This document shows, piece after piece, positions 44,798 through 53,336 of a stretch of DNA of 64,000 nt. Numbering within the stretch: the stretch's first letter is position 1; every line of letters begins with the position of its first letter. Below the pieces are notes generated by a model. The model had not been told where the DNA came from, ran no database searches, and saw nothing but the letters and a program-made list of their open reading frames with translations. A program made the position numbers and the translations under genes. This DNA comes from a virus (Duplodnaviria; Caudoviricetes). The stretch spans positions 1-64,000 of IMG/VR virus record IMGVR_UViG_3300016471_000834; one strand, written 5' to 3'.

Positions 44798-46495
44798 CTA
44801 CTTCCCCCAGAGGTCCAACAGAGGTTGGGATGTCCCATCGCGGAACACATCTGCCACCAGCTCATCCGCTCGAGGCTCGGTTCCTGCCCACTTATCGGGC
44901 CAGGTCTCAGCGGCGATGAGTTCCCGCACTCTCAATTCCTCCTCGGCATTCAGGATGTCGATACGAGGCCGCCCCAGCCGTTCCGCTGCGGTATTCACCT
45001 CGAGCTGAATGGCGAGCACCTGCTCGAGCGCCTCGAGCCTTGATGTGAGGACGATGGGTCCCATGCGATTTGGATTGGTGACCGGCTTGCCGTCCTTCCT
45101 GAATTCGAGTTCTGCCTTGCGGAGCCGGTTGCGTGGGAGTCGCAGCCAGACGTAGATCTCCCGGAGCCTGCGGAGCGGAGCCAGGTATGCCCACTGCTCG
45201 AGCTTGATCAGGTTCTCCAGGGCCACATCCTCCTGGACCAGAGGGCAGCCAATGCAGCCTGTACGCGCCGCCAGGTCGGCAGCCTCGTTCCCGTCCCGCC
45301 CCCCGTAGGCCTCAGCGACGAGACGGGTTGACCACCCACCGTATGGCTCGAGCGGGGCCCAGCCCCATAGCCATTCCCAGACGTGGCAGATCCGCCAGTG
45401 GTCCAGGGGTGCCAGGGTGTCGGCCACAGAGCCTGGAAGGTCCCGCTGAAACCACCCCTGCCCGCATTCTGCACGGTCAGTCGTACAGGAGGCGTAGATC
45501 CGCTGATCGCGCACAGCGCTCTCACCTCTGCGCACGCCCGTGAGCACCAGGAGCTTGCGAGGGGACTGGATGAGCTGCTGCTCTCGCTGTCGGAGCTCAA
45601 TCTCGAGCTGAGGAACGGCGCCTCGAGCTGCTTCCTGTTGCGCTTCAAAGACATTCCGCCGATCGGCCTCGAGCTGGTTGTGCTCAACGGGGTCCATTCC
45701 CTCCTTTGGAGCTCGAGGCTTGAACTTCCGATTCATGAGCCGGCGCATGGAGCGTAGTCGACTATCCAGGCCAGACCAGATCTCATCGTTGTCCATGACG
45801 TCATGGTCAAAACCCCGGTAGATTGTCCCCGTCGCCTCATCCTCGAGGATGAACTCGGCGCCAGCCTCCTCACCCACATCTGCCGTCAGCTTGGTGGGGC
45901 TCGAGCTCTTGCCCTTGCGGGGCACCATTCGCCCCAGGCCAGCGGCGCAGGCGACTTCCATGAGCGCTCGGCTCATGGGCTCGATCTTGATCTTCGGCGT
46001 ACACCACCGCATGGTGGCGTTGTTGGAAGGGGGAACGCCCCGGCCCAGCATGTACACGAGGTAGCGGAGATCAAGCGGCGCACAGACCACCCGGTAGGAG
46101 AGCTCGCAGCTGAGTCCGTCTTCAGCCCATGCCTGTGCCAAGCATTCGATCTCCTCTCCCAGGGCCATCGCGTTCAGCGCGAGCGGCGTCAACTCCATGC
46201 GCGTGTCCGCGTAGCAGACCGTGATGGAGCGGGGGACCCGGATGGAACGGAGAATGGTCAGCACCTCCCCCTGGATTCCATCCACCTTATCCCCGGCCTG
46301 GACCTTCATCGCTGTCCAGATGGCCCAGAGGACGAAGGTAACAGCTGCGGTGCTATCCTTCCCTCCGCTGTACGCAATAGCCCAATGTGGATACCTCGAT
46401 CCGTAGGTCTCCAGGTTGCGCAGGGTGAGCACGATCGAGTCGTGCATGTTCAGCCGGGGACCACTGTCAACAAGTCCGCCCTGTCGAGACATCAC
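44798..46495 (-). CDS. PAPS-reductase-fold (DndC-like) protein with ~130-aa insertion
   Basis: AYSGGKDS, YADTRME, RWCTPKIKIEP, LTGVRRGESAVRD, LAPLDHW...VW, RTGCIGCPLV. Confidence 0.85.
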   Translation of the reverse strand: MMSRQGGLVDSGPRLNMHDSIVLTLRNLETYGSRYPHWAIAYSGGKDSTAAVTFVLWAIWTAMKVQAGDKVDGIQGEVLTILRSIRVPRSITVCYADTRMELTPLALNAMALGEEIECLAQAWAEDGLSCELSYRVVCAPLDLRYLVYMLGRGVPPSNNATMRWCTPKIKIEPMSRALMEVACAAGLGRMVPRKGKSSSPTKLTADVGEEAGAEFILEDEATGTIYRGFDHDVMDNDEIWSGLDSRLRSMRRLMNRKFKPRAPKEGMDPVEHNQLEADRRNVFEAQQEAARGAVPQLEIELRQREQQLIQSPRKLLVLTGVRRGESAVRDQRIYASCTTDRAECGQGWFQRDLPGSVADTLAPLDHWRICHVWEWLWGWAPLEPYGGWSTRLVAEAYGGRDGNEAADLAARTGCIGCPLVQEDVALENLIKLEQWAYLAPLRRLREIYVWLRLPRNRLRKAELEFRKDGKPVTNPNRMGPIVLTSRLEALEQVLAIQLEVNTAAERLGRPRIDILNAEEELRVRELIAAETWPDKWAGTEPRADELVADVFRDGTSQPLLDLWGK

Positions 46496-46902
46496 GCCTC
46501 CTCATCATCATGCTGCTCCCGCACATGGGCCGGGGGTGGAGAAGAAGCCACCAGATTGATCCCGAAGCCATCGTGACCCGTGCCGTCCCTCATTCCCCTG
46601 GCTAGTCGCTCGAGCCATTCCGCCATCTTGTCGATGGCCGCGCCGGGGAAATCGAGCCATGGCGTCTCGATGAGCATGGTGGCTTTGCACATCGGCTCAC
46701 GCACGCGGCCAGGCACCTGAACATCAAGAGTCAGATCGTTGTAGACGTAGGTTGTGAAGCCTTCCCGGTCCCCTGTATGCCTCACGATGTAAGTTGCCCG
46801 GAGCTGTGTCGGAGTATCGCCTTTGGCGATCTTCTCCGAAGGCTGCTCGAGACGACAGTCGCCGACCGGTACCGGAATGACGGACTTCAGGCAGATTGAC
46901 AT
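46492..46902 (-). CDS. Hypothetical protein
   Basis: Coupled overlap; RBS before ATG 46902. Confidence 0.5.
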   Translation of the reverse strand: MSICLKSVIPVPVGDCRLEQPSEKIAKGDTPTQLRATYIVRHTGDREGFTTYVYNDLTLDVQVPGRVREPMCKATMLIETPWLDFPGAAIDKMAEWLERLARGMRDGTGHDGFGINLVASSPPPAHVREQHDDEEA

Positions 46903-47255
46903 CGTTCCCCCGCACTTGTGAGCTGACGCACAACCCATTTCCCACGGGTCCCAAACATCGGCTGTACTGTGTCCCGCTCGTACAGTACCTCGTAGAAGCG
47001 GATCTCATCGCCGTGGATGCCGCTCGTGAGCTCATAGTCCGGAAGGCGGTGCTTGCTCCAATCCCAGGTCATAGATAGGAAGAGGGTCACCATGCAGCCG
47101 ATCTCGGAGCCAGACCATCGGTCCTTTGCCGTCGCAAGGAGTTTCTCCAGGTCGAGCATCACGTTCTCTGGGTTCCCGTCGTGGCCGCGGTAAACGTGAA
47201 AGACAGTCCCAAACTCGTCACGGAATTGAATGTTCGCACGCGTTCCCATAAACAT
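46887..47255 (-). CDS. Conserved phage hypothetical (MGTRA...YRGHDG.P type)
   Basis: GAGG RBS before ATG 47255. Confidence 0.6.
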   Translation of the reverse strand: MFMGTRANIQFRDEFGTVFHVYRGHDGNPENVMLDLEKLLATAKDRWSGSEIGCMVTLFLSMTWDWSKHRLPDYELTSGIHGDEIRFYEVLYERDTVQPMFGTRGKWVVRQLTSAGERCQSA

Positions 47256-47372
47256 TTCCTCAATTTTATCAGACCGCCGCTCATGTTGCGGACGAACCGG
47301 CACAAGGGTCTTGATCTGCTCAACGACGCTCTGAAGGTGCACCGCTGAGACGTAGAAATTCTTCCATGTTGC

Positions 47373-47939
47373 CTACTGGCACAATGACACCTTCTTCCCG
47401 GCGTCAGGAAAATGGTCGGGGCCAGGCTCAGGCTGAGCGCTGTCGCACTCCGAGCAGAAGCACATGCGCCCCGAAGAGGACGCCGGACGCTGGTACGGCT
47501 GGAATTCGGGGCGATCCATGCGGGGGTCCGGCCCCTGGCCACGGACATGGGCAGCCATTGCCCGGTACCAGCGGGACTTCAAATGGTCGGGCTCAGCAGC
47601 CCCCTTCAGGCCGGCGCGGTCCTCGTACTTGATGGCGTTGCCCAGGCAAAAGGCAACGAAGCCCTCGTCGCCCAGCTCATCGCGGATGCGGTCGATAGTC
47701 TCCCGGCCTGTCGCCATGTAACGGACAGGAGCAGATTGAAATCCGACCGGATCGTCTTCGGCAGTCGCTGTTTCCTCCCGTTCCTCCAGTTTGTCCCAGT
47801 ACCTCTCAAGCCCGTCGCGGCCCCCATTCGAAAACGCGTCAACCTCCTCTTCAGAGAGGCTGATACACCATTCGCAGGACGGCGAGTTGAAGCAGGTGCA
47901 GTATCCCTGTCGTTTCTCTTCTTGAGTCAGATCGCTCAC
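47373..47939 (-). CDS. DUF3310-domain protein with N-terminal Cys motif
   Basis: ETIDRI...GFVAFCLGNAIKYEDRAGLKG...DHLKSRWY. Confidence 0.8.
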   Translation of the reverse strand: MSDLTQEEKRQGYCTCFNSPSCEWCISLSEEEVDAFSNGGRDGLERYWDKLEEREETATAEDDPVGFQSAPVRYMATGRETIDRIRDELGDEGFVAFCLGNAIKYEDRAGLKGAAEPDHLKSRWYRAMAAHVRGQGPDPRMDRPEFQPYQRPASSSGRMCFCSECDSAQPEPGPDHFPDAGKKVSLCQ

Positions 47940-48433
47940 AGGCTCCCCTCCTCAATCATCTGCACGGTCATAGCAAGAATACTCTCAAGACTCCGCTGCT
48001 CAATGGCCCCCAATACTCCGGGCCGTTTTTTGTAGCCAGACGACCAGAGCATGATCGCCCCCGCAGGGTGGCCACGCCATGGCGCTCGAAGCCGATAGGT
48101 CATTGAATAGGACGGAATGCCGGTGAGCTCGCACAGTTTCCCCATATCCTCGGCATAACGCTCAAACTTCATCGGAATGTCTTGGATCGCCGTGTAGTCC
48201 ACTTGGTGGACAGTGGCCATCCGCGTCACTGCCTTCGTCTGGTGATCGACGAAGACTCCGCTCACACGCCATCCGTAAACTCCCTCAATGCGCTCCATCA
48301 ATTCATCATGTCGGAACAGCCTGGCGTCCTCAATGTGAGGATTGGTCGCCTGAGTGTCTCGGATGATCACGGGCCGGTCATTGACGATCCATGCCTGGAA
48401 GCCGTCTCCCAGGTCAGTCCACTCGAGCTTCAT
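47936..48433 (-). CDS. Hypothetical protein
   Basis: GGGAG RBS before ATG 48433. Confidence 0.55.
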   Translation of the reverse strand: MKLEWTDLGDGFQAWIVNDRPVIIRDTQATNPHIEDARLFRHDELMERIEGVYGWRVSGVFVDHQTKAVTRMATVHQVDYTAIQDIPMKFERYAEDMGKLCELTGIPSYSMTYRLRAPWRGHPAGAIMLWSSGYKKRPGVLGAIEQRSLESILAMTVQMIEEGSL

Positions 48434-48683
48434 TGGTCTCTCCCTGTGCACTAGAGGTTTCTGGGTATTCACGCTTCACAAAGTCCTCATAAGTATCGGC
48501 CTTCATCGTGACGGCTTCCTCATCGATATCCAGATGAAGAAACGCCTTGCAGTGCAGACAACTCCCTCCACCGTGGTTCATGCCCATCTGCATGAGGATA
48601 GACGGGGCAGCGTCCAGTGACACCTTGCACACCGGGCAGGTGAAGGGATAGCGATCCTTCAGTTCTTTGGTGAGTGGCGTCAT
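48414..48683 (-). CDS. Zn-ribbon protein
   Basis: CPVC...CLHC. Confidence 0.55.
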   Translation of the reverse strand: MTPLTKELKDRYPFTCPVCKVSLDAAPSILMQMGMNHGGGSCLHCKAFLHLDIDEEAVTMKADTYEDFVKREYPETSSAQGETNEARVD

Positions 48684-48919
48684 TGAGCAGTCTCCTGCTG
48701 AACTGGTGCCACGGCAGGCGGCGGGACGATACAGTCCGCCCATCCAGCGCAAGTGAACGTGGCGATGACTCCACCAAAAGGCTTCGCCCGAACGGTGTAC
48801 GGGAACTTCCCGCGACGGCCGGTGAGCTTGATCGACTCGATCTCGCGCGGCTCAGGCATTCCCTTGACCTGGATGCACATTCCCGGAACAAAGTTGGTGC
48901 ATGCGTCTTGAACATTCAT
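48680..48919 (-). CDS. Small hypothetical protein
   Basis: ATGA overlaps. Confidence 0.5.
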   Translation of the reverse strand: MNVQDACTNFVPGMCIQVKGMPEPREIESIKLTGRRGKFPYTVRAKPFGGVIATFTCAGWADCIVPPPAVAPVQQETAQ

Positions 48920-49515
48920 TCGGCGGCTCCTTCTTCAGTGCGAGCCCGGTAGACGATGGGCGTCGCGGCGTTTGGCTCATAGAGAGGATGCTTGGGCGTC
49001 CCGCCCTGGTTGACCTTCGTACAGTGGACGATTTCGACCACGCTGAGGAGCAGCGCCTCGACCTCGCGGGCCCGTCCGGCGAACTGTGGATGCGCCGCGT
49101 GCGTCCCCCACCCACAGATGACCATGCCGGCGACTCGGGCAGCCGAGAGGATGGCCTGGTCGTTGGCCTGTCCTTTCGGCTGCCCCACCTCGTACAGCTC
49201 CTTGGGGTCCGTGCTCCGCCACGCGAAGGCGTTCACGACGATAATCCCGCCGTGCCCCCAGGCTCGAGCCCATCGCGTGACCTTCTCCACGGTCGGATCA
49301 GTGTCCACCTCCGTTGCCGTGCTGGGGTTCAGCATGCATGCCACTAGGGGCGGTAGCTTCGGGTTCCAGCATCGCCATAGGAGGTAGCGATAGACCTTAA
49401 GATCGTCGAACACAGCGCCGGAGAGGATCCCCAACTTCAGGTCAATACACGTCTCTCGTCGGACAAATGCAGGGGCAATAAACTCAGGGAAGTGAAACCA
49501 ACTTCCAACATTCAT
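48916..49515 (-). CDS. DUF1643-family protein
   Basis: YRYLLWR.W...MLNPSTA...DPT...VVNAFAWRSTDP...WG...PKHPLY. Confidence 0.9.
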   Translation of the reverse strand: MNVGSWFHFPEFIAPAFVRRETCIDLKLGILSGAVFDDLKVYRYLLWRCWNPKLPPLVACMLNPSTATEVDTDPTVEKVTRWARAWGHGGIIVVNAFAWRSTDPKELYEVGQPKGQANDQAILSAARVAGMVICGWGTHAAHPQFAGRAREVEALLLSVVEIVHCTKVNQGGTPKHPLYEPNAATPIVYRARTEEGAAE

Positions 49516-50399
49516 GCTCCGCTCCTATAATTTCGAACAATGACGCACTCCTCCGCGTCTCTACCGGTGCCGTCGTTATTGATCGACCTGGCTTCCTTGG
49601 AGCTGATGATCTCGAACTCCGAGAATCTCGCCCGAGTGGCCTTCGTATCGCTGTTGGTGAGCAGGAAGAGAACGCCCCGGTCATGCAGAATCTCGCATGT
49701 TCTGGCCAGCCTGTCCTGATCCTTGGGCCCGAAGCCGCCGCCCAGGTAGCCCGTGAAGGTCCCATCATAGGGGGAGTCGATGAAGACCAGATCCCCGCGC
49801 TGTGCCTCGAGCGCCGCGTCTGCAAAGTCCCTGCAGGTGAGCTGTGCCCCTGCAAGAGCTTGTGCTGTTGCCCTCAGCTCGTCGGCACGCAAGGTGAACT
49901 GCGCCGGGTTGTGGCAGTAGCCGACGTTGTAGCCACCGTTTCGCCGCTCTCTGAAGAGACCGTTGAAGCAGAGGCGGATGATGAACAAGAGCAACGCCGC
50001 CTGGCGGGCAAGGGGCAGCTGCTCACGCATGGGGAACAGCAGGTGGCTGCCAGCAGGTTCAGGCCGATGGGCATTGAACTCCTTGACGGCCCGAAGATAG
50101 CCAGCCTCGGAAGTGTCCAGGGCCAGGTGCTCGAGTTCTCGGACGACAGCCTCCACATCAGCCTGGAGCCCGCGGTACAGGTTCATCAGGCGCTGGTTCA
50201 GGTCGTTCAGGCTCGAGCCTCCCGTGAGCCGGCCAGCAGACCACAGGTGGAAGAACAGCGCTCCGCCCCCCAAGCACGGCTCATAGTACCGGCCCCACGA
50301 CTGCGGGAGCAGGGGCTCGAGCACAGGGAGCAGCTTCCGCTTTCCGCCTGCCCATTTCACGCATGGTGCTGCCTGCACGACCACAGGACCTCCGCTCAA
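49512..50399 (-). CDS. dam: Dam-like (D12 class) DNA adenine methyltransferase
   Basis: KWAGGKRKL, YYEPCLGGGALF, LNDLN, FNGLFR, FIDSPY, FLLTNSD. Confidence 0.9.
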   Translation of the reverse strand: MSGGPVVVQAAPCVKWAGGKRKLLPVLEPLLPQSWGRYYEPCLGGGALFFHLWSAGRLTGGSSLNDLNQRLMNLYRGLQADVEAVVRELEHLALDTSEAGYLRAVKEFNAHRPEPAGSHLLFPMREQLPLARQAALLLFIIRLCFNGLFRERRNGGYNVGYCHNPAQFTLRADELRATAQALAGAQLTCRDFADAALEAQRGDLVFIDSPYDGTFTGYLGGGFGPKDQDRLARTCEILHDRGVLFLLTNSDTKATRARFSEFEIISSKEARSINNDGTGRDAEECVIVRNYRSGA

Positions 50400-50644
50400 G
50401 CGTCGAACATCTCAGGCGTGAGGTGCTCACCGTAGTGCTGAAGCCATCCGAGCGCATTCTGATGCTGCACGGCGAGCTGAGCCACTCGAGCCTCGAGCTC
50501 CGGAGTCGCCTCCTCCCCCATCTGAGCCTTGGCTGCCTCGAGCTTCTCCTCGAGCTGCTGGGCATGGATCGCAAACTGCTTGACCCCTTCACGAGGGTCC
50601 TTCCGACAACCGCAAATCATGACTACCTCCAGAAACGAGTTCAA
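50396..50644 (-). CDS. Small coiled-coil hypothetical protein
   Basis: Immediately after the sigma70-like promoter. Confidence 0.5.
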   Translation of the reverse strand: MNSFLEVVMICGCRKDPREGVKQFAIHAQQLEEKLEAAKAQMGEEATPELEARVAQLAVQHQNALGWLQHYGEHLTPEMFDA

Positions 50645-50649
50645 GAGTC

Positions 50650-50678
50650 AGGATAGCACTCTATTATCATACTATCAA
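50650..50678 (-). promoter_or_regulatory. Sigma70-like promoter for the dam/DUF1643 block
   Basis: TTGATA-N17-(TGc)TATCCT on the minus strand in an AT-rich gap. Confidence 0.7.
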
Positions 50679-50758
50679 GCGTTTCTCATGTTTTGAGTCG
50701 AAAATTCGTATCTACCATCAGATAGGCGGTGTATCCGAGCCATGAGGCGAGCCTTTGA

Positions 50759-50875
50759 CTATGCAATCTCTTCTGGGGTCGGCTCGGGATGGGTGGTTTG
50801 AATGTCCAGGGACTCCTGCTCGCGGATGTCGCGGGCGAGGACCTGCAGAAGCAGCTCGAGCTCGTCGAACGTCAT
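50759..50875 (-). CDS. 38-aa hypothetical peptide
   Basis: GAGGAG RBS before ATG 50875. Confidence 0.4.
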   Translation of the reverse strand: MTFDELELLLQVLARDIREQESLDIQTTHPEPTPEEIA

Positions 50876-50988
50876 GGTAGCTCCTCGGGTGAAGGTTCTA
50901 CCTGGTACAACGAGCGAGGGGACCAGAATTGCCGTGAGGGGAGGGGAATTGATACCGCTGGTATCAAAAAGCGGCAGACCTGGGTGCG

Positions 50989-51420
50989 TCAGGCGTTTCG
51001 GCGTCCGGCCTTGAGCACCCATTCGGGGGCGGTGTCGAGCTGCACAGCGGGCTTTCCCTCATAGGCTCGAGTTTCGCTCTCGGCCTGGACCTGGAGATCC
51101 ACCGGGACGCTCATGCGCTGCGTCATGATCCGGCTCTGCTTGAGCCCGTCGTAGGCCCGTCGCCATTCCCATGGCTGGTAGTCGAAGCGGGCCTCAATAG
51201 GCTTCTCGTCCAGAGGGTGCCCGCCGTAGAGTCGGCGAAAGTCATCATTGGGGAGAATGATGCGGACGTCGTAGTCTCGAGGTTCCTCGTCCTCGAGCGC
51301 TCCGCCCACCAGAAAGACGTGAGCACCGTACCGAGCGGCCAAGCTGTTTGCATTGCGCCGGAAGCGTAGCCGGAAGGTATCGTAGGGCGGTTCGGGCCGG
51401 GTCGGCTGTTCGTCGTTCAT
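50989..51420 (-). CDS. Minimal nucleotidyltransferase (Pol-beta superfamily)
   Basis: VFLVGGAL...PRDYDVRIIL...PVDLQV. Confidence 0.7.
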   Translation of the reverse strand: MNDEQPTRPEPPYDTFRLRFRRNANSLAARYGAHVFLVGGALEDEEPRDYDVRIILPNDDFRRLYGGHPLDEKPIEARFDYQPWEWRRAYDGLKQSRIMTQRMSVPVDLQVQAESETRAYEGKPAVQLDTAPEWVLKAGRRNA

Positions 51421-51989
51421 CAGCAACTCCTCAGCACACCGTCCGTGAGGAACCCGTGGTAGGAGGGAGTCAGGATCGATGGACTGGCCGTGAGCTTGGG
51501 GGCCTCTCCCGTCACAGTCCATCCGGTGCCGTGGACTTGACCGTTCGATCTGGCCCGCTCGTCCACGCACCATGCGCCACCAGCGGGGAGTTGTACGACG
51601 ACAGGAGGCCGCTTCCCCTCATGATCCCGGATGTACTCCGGCGAGAGGGACCAGCGCCCATCGAGCAAATATGGCGCGTACCACATCGCGCCAGCTGGGG
51701 CCTGTGCGAGATGACGAAACGTGCTCCCGTCGCGAGGGTCTCGGTACCACCGCCCGGAGCTGGTGCTCGTCGTATGGGGACTGAAGATGTGCCCGCAGTC
51801 GCACGTCGTGGGCACCCGGGGATCTCCATCCTCCGGGATGTCCGGAGCGCCTTCGGTGTCCACGTCATCCACATAGCTGGTCGCGTGGTGGTAGTCACCA
51901 TGCACTGTGCATGGGCCTTTCTCGAAGCGACCGTAGCTATGCCATCTCCGGCCAGTCTCCTCGAGCATGAAGCAGACGTGCTCAGTCAT
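51420..51989 (-). CDS. DUF6527-like protein with Zn-binding N-terminus
   Basis: C-terminal WTVTGEAPKLTASPSIL...YHGFLTDG; CTVH, CDCGH. Confidence 0.6.
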   Translation of the reverse strand: MTEHVCFMLEETGRRWHSYGRFEKGPCTVHGDYHHATSYVDDVDTEGAPDIPEDGDPRVPTTCDCGHIFSPHTTSTSSGRWYRDPRDGSTFRHLAQAPAGAMWYAPYLLDGRWSLSPEYIRDHEGKRPPVVVQLPAGGAWCVDERARSNGQVHGTGWTVTGEAPKLTASPSILTPSYHGFLTDGVLRSC

Positions 51990-52240
51990 CACCCTCTCCT
52001 CCCGTGTTCCAAGCCGCGCTGGTACCACTGTGCAGCCTGCCAATCCACATCTCCGCCGCAAGAGATGCACCTCGAGCGACTGTTGAGGCCCGGCCCCAGC
52101 CGGACGAAGACATGAGGCCCGGGACAGGCCTCGAGCCTCTGGGCGTTATCCTTGGCCTGCTTCCAGACGTCACCGATCTCGTCGCGGCTCAGGCCGGTGA
52201 ACTTCGAGAGGATGCCAGCCGGGTCCCGCGTCGTGCTCAA
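51989..52240 (-). CDS. Small Zn-finger-like protein
   Basis: TTG start with GGGGAG RBS; C..PH...CISCGG. Confidence 0.55.
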   Translation of the reverse strand: MSTTRDPAGILSKFTGLSRDEIGDVWKQAKDNAQRLEACPGPHVFVRLGPGLNSRSRCISCGGDVDWQAAQWYQRGLEHGRRG

Positions 52241-52467
52241 TGTCGGCTCCCCTTCATGCCTTCCTTGAGTTCGGCATCGGAGATGACCACCTGCCCCGTT
52301 ACGTGCCCATGCAACTCCCGGTCTCGAGCCAGGAGGAACCGCACAGTCGCCTCTGCCTTTGCGTCCGGGCACAGGGTAGGATCGACATCATCCCCGTCCG
52401 GGGTCAGGAACTGGCGGAAGTCCCTCGGCCTGCCTTGCTGGCGGAGTTCCTTGAAGTTGACGGGCAC
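52237..52467 (-). CDS. Small hypothetical protein
   Basis: GGAGG RBS before GTG 52467. Confidence 0.55.
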   Translation of the reverse strand: MPVNFKELRQQGRPRDFRQFLTPDGDDVDPTLCPDAKAEATVRFLLARDRELHGHVTGQVVISDAELKEGMKGSRH

Positions 52468-52469
52468 AG

Positions 52470-52818
52470 GATACCTCCAGAAACACGAACGCCCAGGGGT
52501 TTATCAGGCCCCCGGGCGTCGCGTAGAACCTGTTTTGCCGCGTGGCCGCTTCTGCCCGGTAATCCGGCAGTCCACGCCCCGTTTCCTCGCTCCTCCCGGG
52601 GGGAGGGACTTCTCCGGGTATCTAAGGCAACTTTGGACACCGAGAGCATTGGCCCCCTGGAAGATCTTTCCTCCAGGGAGCCGCCGCCGTCCGGCTATAG
52701 CGGGGGAGCGTTGAACCCAAAGCGGTAGAACCGAAGTCCGTAGCGCATACCCAGGGACCGCGTTGCACGCGACCTCCCCCTGTGGGATCTGGTGAGCAGC
52801 AACGTGCTCTGCTATAGA
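52470..52818 (-). ncRNA. Candidate structured RNA / 5' leader (~350 nt)
   Basis: At least 6 stems, most only fully paired through G-U pairs on the minus strand; cUUCGg loop; long-range stem covers the SD of ORF 52237-52467. Confidence 0.55.
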
Positions 52819-52906
52819 TGTACACCGAGCGCTGGATTTCTTACAACTATTTTCGTGAGGGACAATCTTTTTCGCGGGGAGGATGACGGCAGGGTACAGA
52901 GGGGCC

Positions 52907-53221
52907 TCAGATGTTGCGGCGCGGACTGATGAGATAGCGCCGGGGCTGGGGCAGCTCGCGCACGGCGTAGGTCGGGACATCGATCTCGGACAGATTCTCG
53001 CTGTGGGGACGGAAGGGCAGCGGAGCCTCGATGCGGTACTCCTCGAAGCTGCGGATGGTCAGGTCCGGAACGAACGACGGAAGGTCCGGAGGGAGCGCAT
53101 CCACATGGGTGTTGACGCTCGTACTGCCCGGCGAGAAGGCCATCAGAAGCAGCGCGGCAGCCATCGTCATGGCGCAGAGAATGATGCGGAACGACCGCGA
53201 AAAGGTGCTGGGCAAGGCCAT
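52907..53221 (-). CDS. Secreted/membrane hypothetical protein
   Basis: AAGGAG RBS before ATG 53221; hydrophobic RIILCAMTMAAALLLMAFS. Confidence 0.55.
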   Translation of the reverse strand: MALPSTFSRSFRIILCAMTMAAALLLMAFSPGSTSVNTHVDALPPDLPSFVPDLTIRSFEEYRIEAPLPFRPHSENLSEIDVPTYAVRELPQPRRYLISPRRNI

Positions 53222-53285
53222 CGGAGACTCCTTCGAAGAGATGTGCTGAGTGTGCGCCGGATTGGCGCGGGACAAACCTATCCAG

Positions 53286-53315
53286 AGCATAACTGTCAGG
53301 GGTCGGACTCGTCAA
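53286..53315 (-). promoter_or_regulatory. Sigma70-like promoter at the start of the accessory island
   Basis: TTGACG-N18-TATGCT just downstream of the portal stop. Confidence 0.5.
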
Positions 53316-53336
53316 CGACTTTGCGGTGGCTCGAGC

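Noticed and set aside
44798-46495. Complete Dnd/Ssp phosphorothioation system
   Set aside because: Only the DndC-like component is present; no cysteine desulfurase, DndD/E or Ssp partners are recognisable. The SbcC here is paired with SbcD.
49512-50399. DSPY instead of DPPY as a sign of an inactive Dam
   Set aside because: From recall, FIDSPY occurs in many D12-class methyltransferases, and the other motifs are intact.
52470-52818. Group I/II intron, tmRNA, RNase P or tRNA identity for the structured region
   Set aside because: It does not interrupt a gene, and I found no P7/R-S elements, domain V, T-loop/CCA end or GAGGAAAGUCC motif.
52813-52822. GTACATCTA match between the iteron core and the structured-RNA 5' end
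   Set aside because: A single 9-mer match is expected by chance in 64 kb on two strands.
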